Notes under the pieces: model-generated | What the model was told of the DNA's origin: nothing | What the model saw: only the letters and a program-made list of their open reading frames with translations | The model's database searches: none | Origin: Balneolaceae bacterium | GTDB taxonomy: Bacteria > Bacteroidota > Rhodothermia > Balneolales > Balneolaceae | DNA length: 45,474 bases | Assembly: GCA_040905245.1 (NCBI GenBank) | Contig: JBBDRX010000038.1 | Location: 1 to 45,474, forward strand | Reading direction: 5' to 3' | In this document: positions 37,267 through 45,474 of the stretch, in pieces | Layout: the number at the start of each line of letters is the position of its first letter | How positions within the stretch are numbered: the stretch's first letter is position 1 | Made by a program: the position numbers and the translations under genes

Positions 37267-38627
37267 GCGAGCACCTCACCTTTTTTGGTGATAAAGTGGT
37301 CGTGAAGACGCTGAACTACCTCTTTGGCCCGCTGCTCCTCTACCAGAAAACAGAGATTGTGACTGCTGGCCCCGTGGCAAACCAGCCGGATGTTGATCTC
37401 GTCCAGAAGCTGAAAAAGCTCACCGCTCACACCCGCCGTCCGATCGAGATGGTTACCGACAACCGCGATCAGCACCAGGCCGGTTTCCACCTGAACATCA
37501 GCAATCGCTTCCAGATCCTTCATCAGACCAGACGAAAGCCGTTGACGCAATCCCTCATGGTTTGTATCGATCGTCAGGGAGACACTCACTTCACTTGTCG
37601 TCACCAGATCCACGCTAATCTTGTGGTCTGCAAGAATCTGAAACAGCCGGGCAAGAAACCCGTGACGGTGAAGCATATCCAGGCTGTGTACCGTCAGAAG
37701 AGTCTGGTCCATCCGCAGGGAGATCGCTCGCGTAACCGGCAGGTTCTCCGATCGCTTTACGATCCAGGTACCGGGTTTCTCCGGGTGGATACTGGAACCC
37801 ACATAAACGCGAATATTTTTCCGAATTGCAGGCTTGAGAGTGGCCGGGTGCAGTACCTTGGCACCGAACGTCGAGAGCTCCGCCGCTTCGTCAAACGTCA
37901 GTTCGGTAATCGGCCTGGCTTCCGGGACAATGCGGGGGTCTGTAGAGTATATCGCATCCACATCCGTCCAGATCTCCAGGACGTCCGCATCCAGTGCCTC
38001 AGCCAGAAGGGCAGCGGTAAAATCACTTCCACCCCGACCGAGTGTGGTTGTGGTTCCATTTCGGTCTGAACCAATAAAACCCTGGGTGACCATTCGTTTT
38101 TTACGGAGGTTGGGAGCAATCCGTTTCGCCGCTTCTTTTCGAATCTCGTCCAGGAGTGGTTCCGCGTTACCAAAGGTACTATCGGTCCGGATCACATCCC
38201 GGGAGTCGAGTAACTCTGCCTCCACACCGCTCCGTTGAAGAAGATCCGTAAAAATCGTGGTCGAAAGTTGTTCTCCAAAAGAGAGCAGGCGATCCTTGAT
38301 TTTCAGTTCCGACCGATTTTCATCGTCGGCGACTTCCCGAAGCTCTTCCAGGATTTCACGAATACGCCGGGTCGTCTCTTCGGAACTTTCCAGCTCCTCC
38401 ACGATCTTCAGGTGTTTCTCTTCAATCGTCTTGAGTATATCTTCCCGGTCGGAACGGCCGTGTATAGATGAGAGAGCAACCAGCAGGTTGGTTGTTCCGG
38501 AGGTAGCACTCAGAACCACAATCCGTTTGTCCGGGTCATTAGAAATTATTTTTGCACAACGTGTCATGGCTGCTGCATCGGCAACACTTGTGCCTCCAAA
38601 CTTTGCTACTTTTATCAAATCTGGCAT
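37263..38627 (-). CDS. lysC: Aspartate kinase
   Basis: It carries VAKFGGTSV and two C-terminal ACT-like regions. Its stop overlaps the dapB start as ATGA. Confidence 0.93.
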   Translation of the reverse strand: MPDLIKVAKFGGTSVADAAAMTRCAKIISNDPDKRIVVLSATSGTTNLLVALSSIHGRSDREDILKTIEEKHLKIVEELESSEETTRRIREILEELREVADDENRSELKIKDRLLSFGEQLSTTIFTDLLQRSGVEAELLDSRDVIRTDSTFGNAEPLLDEIRKEAAKRIAPNLRKKRMVTQGFIGSDRNGTTTTLGRGGSDFTAALLAEALDADVLEIWTDVDAIYSTDPRIVPEARPITELTFDEAAELSTFGAKVLHPATLKPAIRKNIRVYVGSSIHPEKPGTWIVKRSENLPVTRAISLRMDQTLLTVHSLDMLHRHGFLARLFQILADHKISVDLVTTSEVSVSLTIDTNHEGLRQRLSSGLMKDLEAIADVQVETGLVLIAVVGNHLDRTAGVSGELFQLLDEINIRLVCHGASSHNLCFLVEEQRAKEVVQRLHDHFITKKGEVLA

Positions 38628-38915
38628 GTTTACGGGATCATTCTTTTTTCAGACAGGAAAGATACGAAAATGATGCGCTCTTGCAGAAGGAAAAATAGAT
38701 CAAGGACCCTTTTGCCATCTTCCTGACCGATCACCCAGGCAGGATTCCACCCGGAACCCGGCAAACCTTTGTGATTCAGATCGAGGATTCCATTGCAACA
38801 TACCCGATATTTTTTCGTAAGTTGTCAGTCTTGATTGCATCTGACCCGGCCCATTTCTAACCGGGCTGGAATCCCCGACAATTTTTACCCAACAAACGAA
38901 ACAGGATACAGATTC

Positions 38916-39005
38916 ATGCCCAGCGGAAAAAAGAGAAAACGTTCCAAGATCGCCAAGCACAAACGAAAAAAGAGACTTAGAAAGAACCGTCACAAGAAGA
39001 AGTAG
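38916..39005 (+). CDS. 29-aa hyper-basic micro-protein, bS22-like (AURKAIP1/COX24-type) ribosomal protein
   Basis: A hand-found ORF, ATG..TAG, encoding MPSGKKRKRSKIAKHKRKKRLRKNRHKKK. It falls below the ORF-track length cut-off. It resembles the small basic protein identified as bS22 in Bacteroidetes and mycobacterial ribosomes (from memory). Confidence 0.6.
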   Translation: MPSGKKRKRSKIAKHKRKKRLRKNRHKKK

Positions 39006-39088
39006 CTCCGCCACTTCTCTGCAACAAACCGGTATAGCTGCCCGGATTACCAACCGGGCCGGCTATCCCTTCCCCTCTCTACGAGATC

Positions 39089-39745
39089 TCACGCAGCCGG
39101 CACGTTCACAGTGCTGTCTGTAATTCGAATTACCCGGTTGATTTTGAAGAGTAGATCCCGGATACGCTGTTCAATGTAGAGATGAACACCATTGAGACTG
39201 TGCAGGTCGGAAAGCTTGTACTGAAAATAGGAGATCAAATTGATTGCCGTCAGAAAACGGCCTTTTTCGTCTCCTTCGATTTCGATATGCCACCGGGTAA
39301 TAATTTCGTCTGACGAGAGCAGCTCATTGACCTGACGACTGGCCTCCTCCATCCACCGGCTGGCAACATCGATGCGATAGTTGTTGTTCTCTCCGGATTG
39401 ATCCGAATCCGGCTGACAGCGCTCTTCATCAAAATACCAGACCACTTCAATATCAAGTACCGGTTCCACCTTTGTCTCCAGCAGATGAGTGGATTTCAGA
39501 AGAGGATGTTTTTCGGTGCCGTCCAGCTGCTGGGCGATCCGGGTCTCACGAAACCGATCCCAGTCGAAATTAATAGAGACACCCCGGAGATATTCAGTAG
39601 AATCGGAGAGATCGATCCAGATCTCGAGTCCGGTTGCATTGATCTGTGTCTCTTCCCACAACTTGAACCGGCTGATCGTTATCTTACTTCTGTTGAGGGA
39701 AGATTTTATCTTGTTCACGACAGAGTGAAAAATCGGATATTGCAT
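39089..39745 (-). CDS. Hypothetical cytoplasmic protein (218 aa)
   Basis: A clean ORF with no signal peptide, TM helix or motif I recognise. It is divergent from the NFACT gene. Confidence 0.6.
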   Translation of the reverse strand: MQYPIFHSVVNKIKSSLNRSKITISRFKLWEETQINATGLEIWIDLSDSTEYLRGVSINFDWDRFRETRIAQQLDGTEKHPLLKSTHLLETKVEPVLDIEVVWYFDEERCQPDSDQSGENNNYRIDVASRWMEEASRQVNELLSSDEIITRWHIEIEGDEKGRFLTAINLISYFQYKLSDLHSLNGVHLYIEQRIRDLLFKINRVIRITDSTVNVPAA

Positions 39746-39800
39746 GAATCAACACAGCTTTCGATGAAACGTCCGCCAGGGGTGAACGCGTAACGGATTT

Positions 39801-41402
39801 ATGAATAATTACTACGCACTAATATATCTAACCGAACATATCAATACAAAATTGAGAGGCTCCCGGTTTATTAACGGGGGATCCCCGCACAAAAATGTTT
39901 GGGAGGGTCATTTCGAACATAAAGACGAAGAAATTCGGCTTCTCCTCAGCACCACTCCCGGAGAGACGGCCCTCTTCACGGATCGTTACCGGCCTTTAAA
40001 AAAAAGAAATATGCAGAACTTCTTTGAACCTCTCTACGGGGCCCGTGTAACCGGTGCCGAACTGGCCGAAGGAGACCGTCTGCTCACCCTTTCCTTTAAC
40101 CGGGAAGAACAGTTGCTGTTCCAGCTTTTCGGAAATCGGGCCAACCTTTTTATGACAGATGGCCAAACCATTCTGGAATCCTTCAAAAATCCAAAAAAGC
40201 GGGTTGGCACTCCGCCGCCTGAGCCAAGAAAACCTGCCCCCCCCGGACAGCCGGAACAGACAGAGAATTCCGAAAAACTGCTGCTCCACTTCGACCAAAA
40301 GCTTCCGAGGCACCTGATCCGACCACTCGTCGAGCAGTTTGACCTGGACAGTATCCCTCCCGGCAATAGGCGAGCCGAGAGGGCGGAAGAGATTGTCAAA
40401 TCCGTAGTCAATGCCATGATGACCTGCCCCGAATTTCGGATACTTGCAAATGGGCATCTCTGTTTGATCCCGACCCGGCTTCTCCCTCTCGAAAACAGTG
40501 CCACGTTCGACTCAGTCAATGAAGCGATACGGCACGGTTACTACGAGGCATCAGCGCTTCGCCGCTATTCGCAACAACTCAAAGAGTATCAGGAATCGAT
40601 TCATCAATCGATCCGGCGTGGGGAGAAAGCCCTCAAACAACTCGAAAGTGCAGACAAGGCACTCAGAAGAGCAGAAACCCATGAGCAGTACGGACACCTT
40701 CTGATGGCAGCGGCACACAGGGAGGTGGATCCGGGGACCCAATCTATTGAACTGGAGAACTTTTATGACGAAAACCGGCCGGTAATTATCCAGCTCAAAC
40801 CCTCGAAGGACATTGCAGAGAATGCCAGGGACTACTACAACCGGGCCGCCAAGGCAAAGAGACGGGTGCAGCAGGCAGAAACCCGTCGGAAGGAGTTGAC
40901 CCGGCAACTGCAGGAGCTCGAAGAGCTCCGGAAAAGCCTCCAATCCACAACCGATCTGCATCAGCTCCGGGAGTGGGAGAAGAAACAGAATTCAGCACTG
41001 GAGAGGCACCGGCTTCTTCCCGGTTCAACCCGACAATCTTCTTCACCCTGGAAAACGACCCATATCCTCGATTTTGAGGTACGGATCGGAAAAAATGCCA
41101 AAAGCAATGACAAACTGACGCGGACTGCACACAAGGAAGACATCTGGCTTCACGCCAGGGGTACATCAGGGTCCCACGTGGTTATCCGCATGGAAAACCA
41201 GACAGACTACCCTCCCGAAAACGTTCTCTACCGGGCCGCAGGATATGCAGCGTGGCACTCCAAATTACGGGGTTCTGCACTGGTCCCTGTCATCTCTACC
41301 AAACGAAAGTATATAACCAAACCCAAAGGAGCTCCGGCCGGAACCGTTCGCGTCTCTCGTGAAGAAGTACTGATGGTTGAACCGGTAGAGCCGACAGAAT
41401 AA
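39801..41402 (+). CDS. NFACT-family protein, RqcH/FbpA-like (ribosome-associated quality control)
   Basis: The N-terminal NFACT-N region has GDRLLTLSF (compare the B. subtilis RqcH motif LDRIMIF). A central coiled coil follows. The C-terminal NFACT-R/DUF814 region is FEVRIGKNAKSNDKLTRTAHKEDIWLHARGTSGSHVVI. Confidence 0.8.
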   Translation: MNNYYALIYLTEHINTKLRGSRFINGGSPHKNVWEGHFEHKDEEIRLLLSTTPGETALFTDRYRPLKKRNMQNFFEPLYGARVTGAELAEGDRLLTLSFNREEQLLFQLFGNRANLFMTDGQTILESFKNPKKRVGTPPPEPRKPAPPGQPEQTENSEKLLLHFDQKLPRHLIRPLVEQFDLDSIPPGNRRAERAEEIVKSVVNAMMTCPEFRILANGHLCLIPTRLLPLENSATFDSVNEAIRHGYYEASALRRYSQQLKEYQESIHQSIRRGEKALKQLESADKALRRAETHEQYGHLLMAAAHREVDPGTQSIELENFYDENRPVIIQLKPSKDIAENARDYYNRAAKAKRRVQQAETRRKELTRQLQELEELRKSLQSTTDLHQLREWEKKQNSALERHRLLPGSTRQSSSPWKTTHILDFEVRIGKNAKSNDKLTRTAHKEDIWLHARGTSGSHVVIRMENQTDYPPENVLYRAAGYAAWHSKLRGSALVPVISTKRKYITKPKGAPAGTVRVSREEVLMVEPVEPTE

Positions 41403-41410
41403 AAACCACT

Positions 41411-41938
41411 ATGGATGCAAAACCAATATTTCTTTGCGGAATGATGGGTTCCGGAAAATCTACTGTCGGACGTCTGCTGGCACAACGCCTGAAACGACGG
41501 CATGTAGACCTGGACAGTAAAATCGAGGTACGGGAGAAGATGTCCATTCCGGATATCTTTCGATTGCATGGAGAAGCCGCATTCCGAAAGATGGAACGGA
41601 CGCTTCTGAACGAAGCCTCCGGATGGAAAAATACGGTAATCTCACTTGGGGGTGGATCGATTCAGACCCGGGAGGCCGTTGAACTTGTCAAAGAGTCCGG
41701 GCTGCTTATTTTTTTAGATGCTCCACTATCCGTACTTTTGGAACGCCTGGAGAGAGATTCCAGCCGTCCTCTGCTTCATGCGGAGACCGATGAGAGCCTT
41801 CGCAGCCGAATTGAAGAACTTCTTGAGCATCGCAACCCCTACTATCTCCAATCTCATATCGTAATTCCGACCGGTCAGCTCTCTCCTGAATCGGTTACAG
41901 ACACTCTTATTGAAAAGATCGAATCCCATGAAAGCTGA
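41411..41938 (+). CDS. aroK: Shikimate kinase
   Basis: It carries the Walker A motif IFLCGMMGSGKSTVGRLLA and ISLGGG. Confidence 0.92.
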   Translation: MDAKPIFLCGMMGSGKSTVGRLLAQRLKRRHVDLDSKIEVREKMSIPDIFRLHGEAAFRKMERTLLNEASGWKNTVISLGGGSIQTREAVELVKESGLLIFLDAPLSVLLERLERDSSRPLLHAETDESLRSRIEELLEHRNPYYLQSHIVIPTGQLSPESVTDTLIEKIESHES

Positions 41939-43031
41939 CTTTACCGTACAGGCTCCATCCCGAAGCTATCCTGTTTTTGTCCGAGACGGATTGCCGGACG
42001 ACGGATTCCGACAGCATCTGCGCTCACTGGATGCCGGCACACCTTTTTTGATCATTGACCAGCAGGCCGAGAAATATTACGGAGAAGCACTTCGGAATCT
42101 CATCTATAGCCGGAACGACCGCTCGCGAACCCGTGTAATCCCCTCGGGCGAAGCAAGCAAATCGTTCGACGAATGGAAAAAAACCACCGACTTTCTTCTG
42201 GAAAACGGAGCTCGGAGAAATACCCCTGTCCTTGCCGTCGGGGGTGGAGTGACAGGCGATCTGGCCGGATTCGCCGCAGCTGCAACCATGAGAGGGCTCC
42301 CACTCATTCACATTCCCACAACCCTTCTGGCAATGGTAGACAGCTCCATCGGCGGAAAAACAGGAATTAACCATGCTGTCGGGAAAAACCTGGTTGGAAG
42401 TTTCTATCAGCCACTGGCTATTTTTATTCATACCGGGTTTCTCTCGACGCTTCCGGGCAATGAATGGACCAACGGACTGAGTGAGATCCTTAAATACGCA
42501 GCCATCCGACGGCCCGCTATTTTCCGTACCTGCCGGGAACTGTTTCTCGAAGAGCGAGTACCACACAGTGACCCGAAACTCGTGGAACTGATCCGGACTT
42601 GTGCGAAAATCAAAGCCGACGTGGTTGCAGCAGACGAACGCGAGAGTAAACTTCGCATGATTCTCAATTTCGGACACACGTTTGCACACTCTCTTGAAAA
42701 CCTGGGGGGATATCAGAATATCACGCACGGAGAGGCGGTCTTCATCGGTATGCTCGCGGCAACACACCTCTCCAACACCCTTTCCGCTTCCATTGACCCG
42801 GAAGAATTGATCCTCTTTCGATCACTTTACAGCATCGACCCGGAGGTGGCAAAATGGAGTGTGACAGATTTGATCCGGGGGATGTACCAGGATAAAAAAC
42901 GATCTTCCGACCGGCTGAAAGTAGTCCTGCTGCAAGAATGGGGAACGCCCTACGTTACAGAAGTGGAAGATACCGCTCCGGTCGAATCGGCCTGGAAGTA
43001 CGCCCTGAAACACTTTCAATTCCCCGGTTAA
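41928..43031 (+). CDS. aroB: 3-dehydroquinate synthase
   Basis: The ATG at 41928 overlaps aroK by 11 nt. Motifs are GGGVTGDLAGFAAA, DSSIGGKTGINH and FGHTFAHSLE. Confidence 0.93.
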   Translation: MKADFTVQAPSRSYPVFVRDGLPDDGFRQHLRSLDAGTPFLIIDQQAEKYYGEALRNLIYSRNDRSRTRVIPSGEASKSFDEWKKTTDFLLENGARRNTPVLAVGGGVTGDLAGFAAAATMRGLPLIHIPTTLLAMVDSSIGGKTGINHAVGKNLVGSFYQPLAIFIHTGFLSTLPGNEWTNGLSEILKYAAIRRPAIFRTCRELFLEERVPHSDPKLVELIRTCAKIKADVVAADERESKLRMILNFGHTFAHSLENLGGYQNITHGEAVFIGMLAATHLSNTLSASIDPEELILFRSLYSIDPEVAKWSVTDLIRGMYQDKKRSSDRLKVVLLQEWGTPYVTEVEDTAPVESAWKYALKHFQFPG

Positions 43032-43068
43032 TCGATACACGACCGAACAGAGAGGGACAACGGAACCT

Positions 43069-45474
43069 TTGATCCTACGCTGGCTACATATCATCTGGAA
43101 GTTTCTGCTCAGAACGATCACCTCCGTACTGATCGTCACGGTTGCGGCCACCCTTCTTCTCTTTGCCCTGCTTCAGCTTCCTGACAGCAAGGGATGGCTT
43201 TCAGACAAGATTGAACAACAGTTCAATCAGACCTACCGTGGAACCCTCGAAATCGGTGAAGTTACCGGACTGATCCCTTTTCACATAGGTTTGACGGATG
43301 TTCACATCCGGAGCAATCCCGAAGACCCGATATCGGTTCTTTCTGCAGACCGAATCACTGCAAACGTGCGGGTTTGGAGCCTTCTTCAGCGCACAGTGGA
43401 CATCCACTCCCTTGAGCTGGATAACCCGACACTGAGACTATCAACCGACCAGGAAGGACAACCTGTCCTTCGGCGTACACTTGAAAAGAGAGACCCGGCA
43501 GCTGAAAATAAACAAACCGGTCGCCCCGGCACCCTTTTTGAACTGATGGCCCCAGCCATCACAATCCGGAACGGCCATATAGAGAGCGCTGCCGGACCAA
43601 AAACAGCGGGGAGCCTCTCCCCCCTCCTGCCACTTCGGGAGGTTGATGCTTCTGTCTACCTTGAACTCTCATCTACCGAACGATTTCTGGACATCTCATA
43701 CATTACAGGAACCTCTTCCGATGAACGTCTGGGCTCCTTTTTTATCGCCGGACAGCTCTTCAGTGACAACGAATTCCTGGAACTGAACGGATTTCAGGTT
43801 CGCACTCCGTCTTCTCAACTCAATTTTACAGCAGAAGCCACGCCGGTCGACCTATTCGGGCAGAACTTTGAAAAACAGTTGCGAGAAGCCGACTTCCGGT
43901 TCGATCTGAACGAGAGCTGGATTGAGGGAGATGCCATTGCTAACCTTGTCGAAGAGTGGCCATTCCCCGAAAGCATGGTTCGGATGGAACTTTTGCTGGA
44001 GGGAAGCCTCGAAACCCTTTACCTCGACCGCTTTATCGGTTCTGTCGGAAACAGCTCACTGCTGATGACCGGACAATTTAATCAGCTGGACAGCTCCGAT
44101 TTCAACTGGGAAGCAAGACTCGAAAATCTGCTTCTCCACAGGTCAGAGCTGGAACAGCTGTTTCGTGAGGATCCGAATGTCAATTCGCGCACCGACTACT
44201 TTTCCGAGAGCCGTTTCTACGGGCAGGTGGGTGGTACACCGGACCAGTTGAATGGTTCACTCGAAATCAACACCGTTTCCGGAGATTTCCAGCTGGATGG
44301 ATCTCTGCAATTCAGAGAACCATTTCAGTACGAGGCGGATGCTGTACTGGACTCACTGGACATCTCTCCTCTCTTCCCGGGTTATCTGGAGCAGAGCCTG
44401 CTCGACGGTCGTATTTCACTGCGTGGTGAGGGTGCAGGAGTCGAAGAGAGCCAGGGGCGGATTAACATCTCGCTAAACAGAGGCGAATTGAACCGGATTC
44501 ACTTCAATCAGGGAACTGTGGAAGCTGAATGGGCCGATCAGCGCCTGGAACATCAATTGTTCATCGGAGATGAACGAACTTCCTTTCGATCCACAGGGTC
44601 GGTCGGAAAACGTAACGACGAGTGGTCACTGGATCTGGAGGGAGAGGCCCAAAACCTTGACCTGAAGGCCCTCTATCCCGATCTGCCGCGGTCGGTTGAA
44701 TCCCTCAGTATGGATTACCGGACTCGAGTTCAATGGAGTTCGCCGGACGATCTCGCCGGACAACTCAGTGTGGAAATAGAGCAGCTGGTCATGCAGCCGG
44801 ATACTCTGCAAAATCACCAGTTTTACATCGACATCAACCGGCCGGACGAGACGAGTGGTTCACGCCAGCTTCGTTTGACAAGTACCTTCATGGACGCCGA
44901 AATGGAGGGCGATATATACCCTGTAAACCTCCGAAATCTATACCGGCACTGGCATTTCTATGTTGACCGCCATATTCAGGAAGACCTGCTGTTTTCACCG
45001 TCCGATGAATCGGACGAGACCGCGACCGCCGACCCGGCAGAACTCACACTTTCCCTGGAGCTGAAAGAGTTCTCTCTACTTCGACACTATATTCCCTCCC
45101 TTCCGGATCTGAGAAGCAACAGCTCCATCCGGCTGAACCTGAAGGGAAGTGCAGAGGAACTTCTGCTGACCGGTTCACTTCATGACAACGGGCTGGAAGC
45201 AGGGCCTTTTTTTGCCGAAACGATTGCTGCAGACCTGACGGCGAACTTCAGATACGACGACCACCTGCATGAGAACTCGACCTTTGATCTGCAGATTCGT
45301 TCCACAGAGTACGGGTGGAATAACCTGCTCTTTCACGAGGGGTTTCTGAACAGCTCTCTTGAAAATGACCAGTTGATGTTGAGTCACAACACAAGAAACC
45401 ACGAGAACGATTTCGAATTGGACATGACTCTCATCTCTCACCTCCAGCCGACAGAGATCAGAATAGAACTGAGA
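43069..45474 (+). CDS. TamB/AsmA-like translocation-and-assembly-module protein, 3-prime end beyond window
   Basis: Frame 1 stays open from the TTG at 43069 to the window end (about 800 codons). It is not in the ORF track because it has no stop. The N-terminal anchor is LRTITSVLIVTVAATLLLFALLQL, followed by long beta-rich sequence (GTLEIGEVTGLIPFHIGLTDVHI...). Both the family call and the start codon are tentative. Confidence 0.6.
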   Translation, partial: MILRWLHIIWKFLLRTITSVLIVTVAATLLLFALLQLPDSKGWLSDKIEQQFNQTYRGTLEIGEVTGLIPFHIGLTDVHIRSNPEDPISVLSADRITANVRVWSLLQRTVDIHSLELDNPTLRLSTDQEGQPVLRRTLEKRDPAAENKQTGRPGTLFELMAPAITIRNGHIESAAGPKTAGSLSPLLPLREVDASVYLELSSTERFLDISYITGTSSDERLGSFFIAGQLFSDNEFLELNGFQVRTPSSQLNFTAEATPVDLFGQNFEKQLREADFRFDLNESWIEGDAIANLVEEWPFPESMVRMELLLEGSLETLYLDRFIGSVGNSSLLMTGQFNQLDSSDFNWEARLENLLLHRSELEQLFREDPNVNSRTDYFSESRFYGQVGGTPDQLNGSLEINTVSGDFQLDGSLQFREPFQYEADAVLDSLDISPLFPGYLEQSLLDGRISLRGEGAGVEESQGRINISLNRGELNRIHFNQGTVEAEWADQRLEHQLFIGDERTSFRSTGSVGKRNDEWSLDLEGEAQNLDLKALYPDLPRSVESLSMDYRTRVQWSSPDDLAGQLSVEIEQLVMQPDTLQNHQFYIDINRPDETSGSRQLRLTSTFMDAEMEGDIYPVNLRNLYRHWHFYVDRHIQEDLLFSPSDESDETATADPAELTLSLELKEFSLLRHYIPSLPDLRSNSSIRLNLKGSAEELLLTGSLHDNGLEAGPFFAETIAADLTANFRYDDHLHENSTFDLQIRSTEYGWNNLLFHEGFLNSSLENDQLMLSHNTRNHENDFELDMTLISHLQPTEIRIELR

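Noticed and set aside
37164-38069. 301-aa plus-strand ORF
   Set aside because: It is antisense to lysC and dapB, and the protein is low-complexity and R-rich. It is a shadow ORF.
38628-38915. Lysine (L-box) riboswitch upstream of lysC
   Set aside because: Only fragments (GCCTGGG, AGAGCGC) are present, in the wrong order and spacing relative to the consensus helices. I cannot support the call without cmsearch.
38700-39053. 117-aa minus-strand ORF in the lysC/bS22 intergenic region
   Set aside because: No family was recognised. It spans the lysC leader and lies antisense to the bS22-like micro-ORF, which has a recognisable product. It is likely spurious.
42024-42767. 247-aa minus-strand ORF
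   Set aside because: It is antisense to aroB, which has the diagnostic GGGVxGDxxGF and metal-binding motifs.

Overview
This is a 45.5-kb chromosomal segment. It is probably from an FCB-group bacterium (Bacteroidota/Balneolota/Rhodothermota-like). That placement is an inference from three things: an atp operon with atpZ/atpI but no atpD/atpC, a GldE-like gene next to ssb, and a bS22-type micro-protein. I call about 44 protein genes and one tRNA-Ser(UGA). I saw no rRNA, CRISPR array, transposase, integrase or phage genes.

Most of the window is core metabolism on the minus strand: icd (cut by the window edge), recO, a DegP-type protease, the atpZ-I-B-E-F-H-A-G operon, guaB, purB, murB, ssb, the lysine operon lysC-dapB-dapA-dapD, aroK-aroB, an RqcH-like NFACT protein, and a TamB-like gene running off the 3-prime edge.

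The least ordinary stretch is 7.1-17.6 kb. It holds an HpnN/MMPL-type RND exporter, three glycosyltransferase-like genes, two polytopic membrane proteins of unclear family, a MlaC/HpnM-like periplasmic lipid carrier and a TolC-family barrel. There is no membrane-fusion adaptor and no MlaA/D/FEB partner in the window. I read this as a candidate glycolipid synthesis and trans-envelope delivery system that may be undescribed, but that is inference only.

Other points:
- A 29-aa hyper-basic bS22-like ORF (38916..39005) is absent from the ORF track.
- Two secreted beta-propeller-like paralogs sit in tandem.
- There is a DUF2779 protein.
- A bactofilin-M23 module is spliced onto the front of the atp operon.
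- Two convergent gene pairs have overlapping coding ends.

All family calls rest on motif recognition by eye. No searches were run, and hairpin coordinates are hand-derived.
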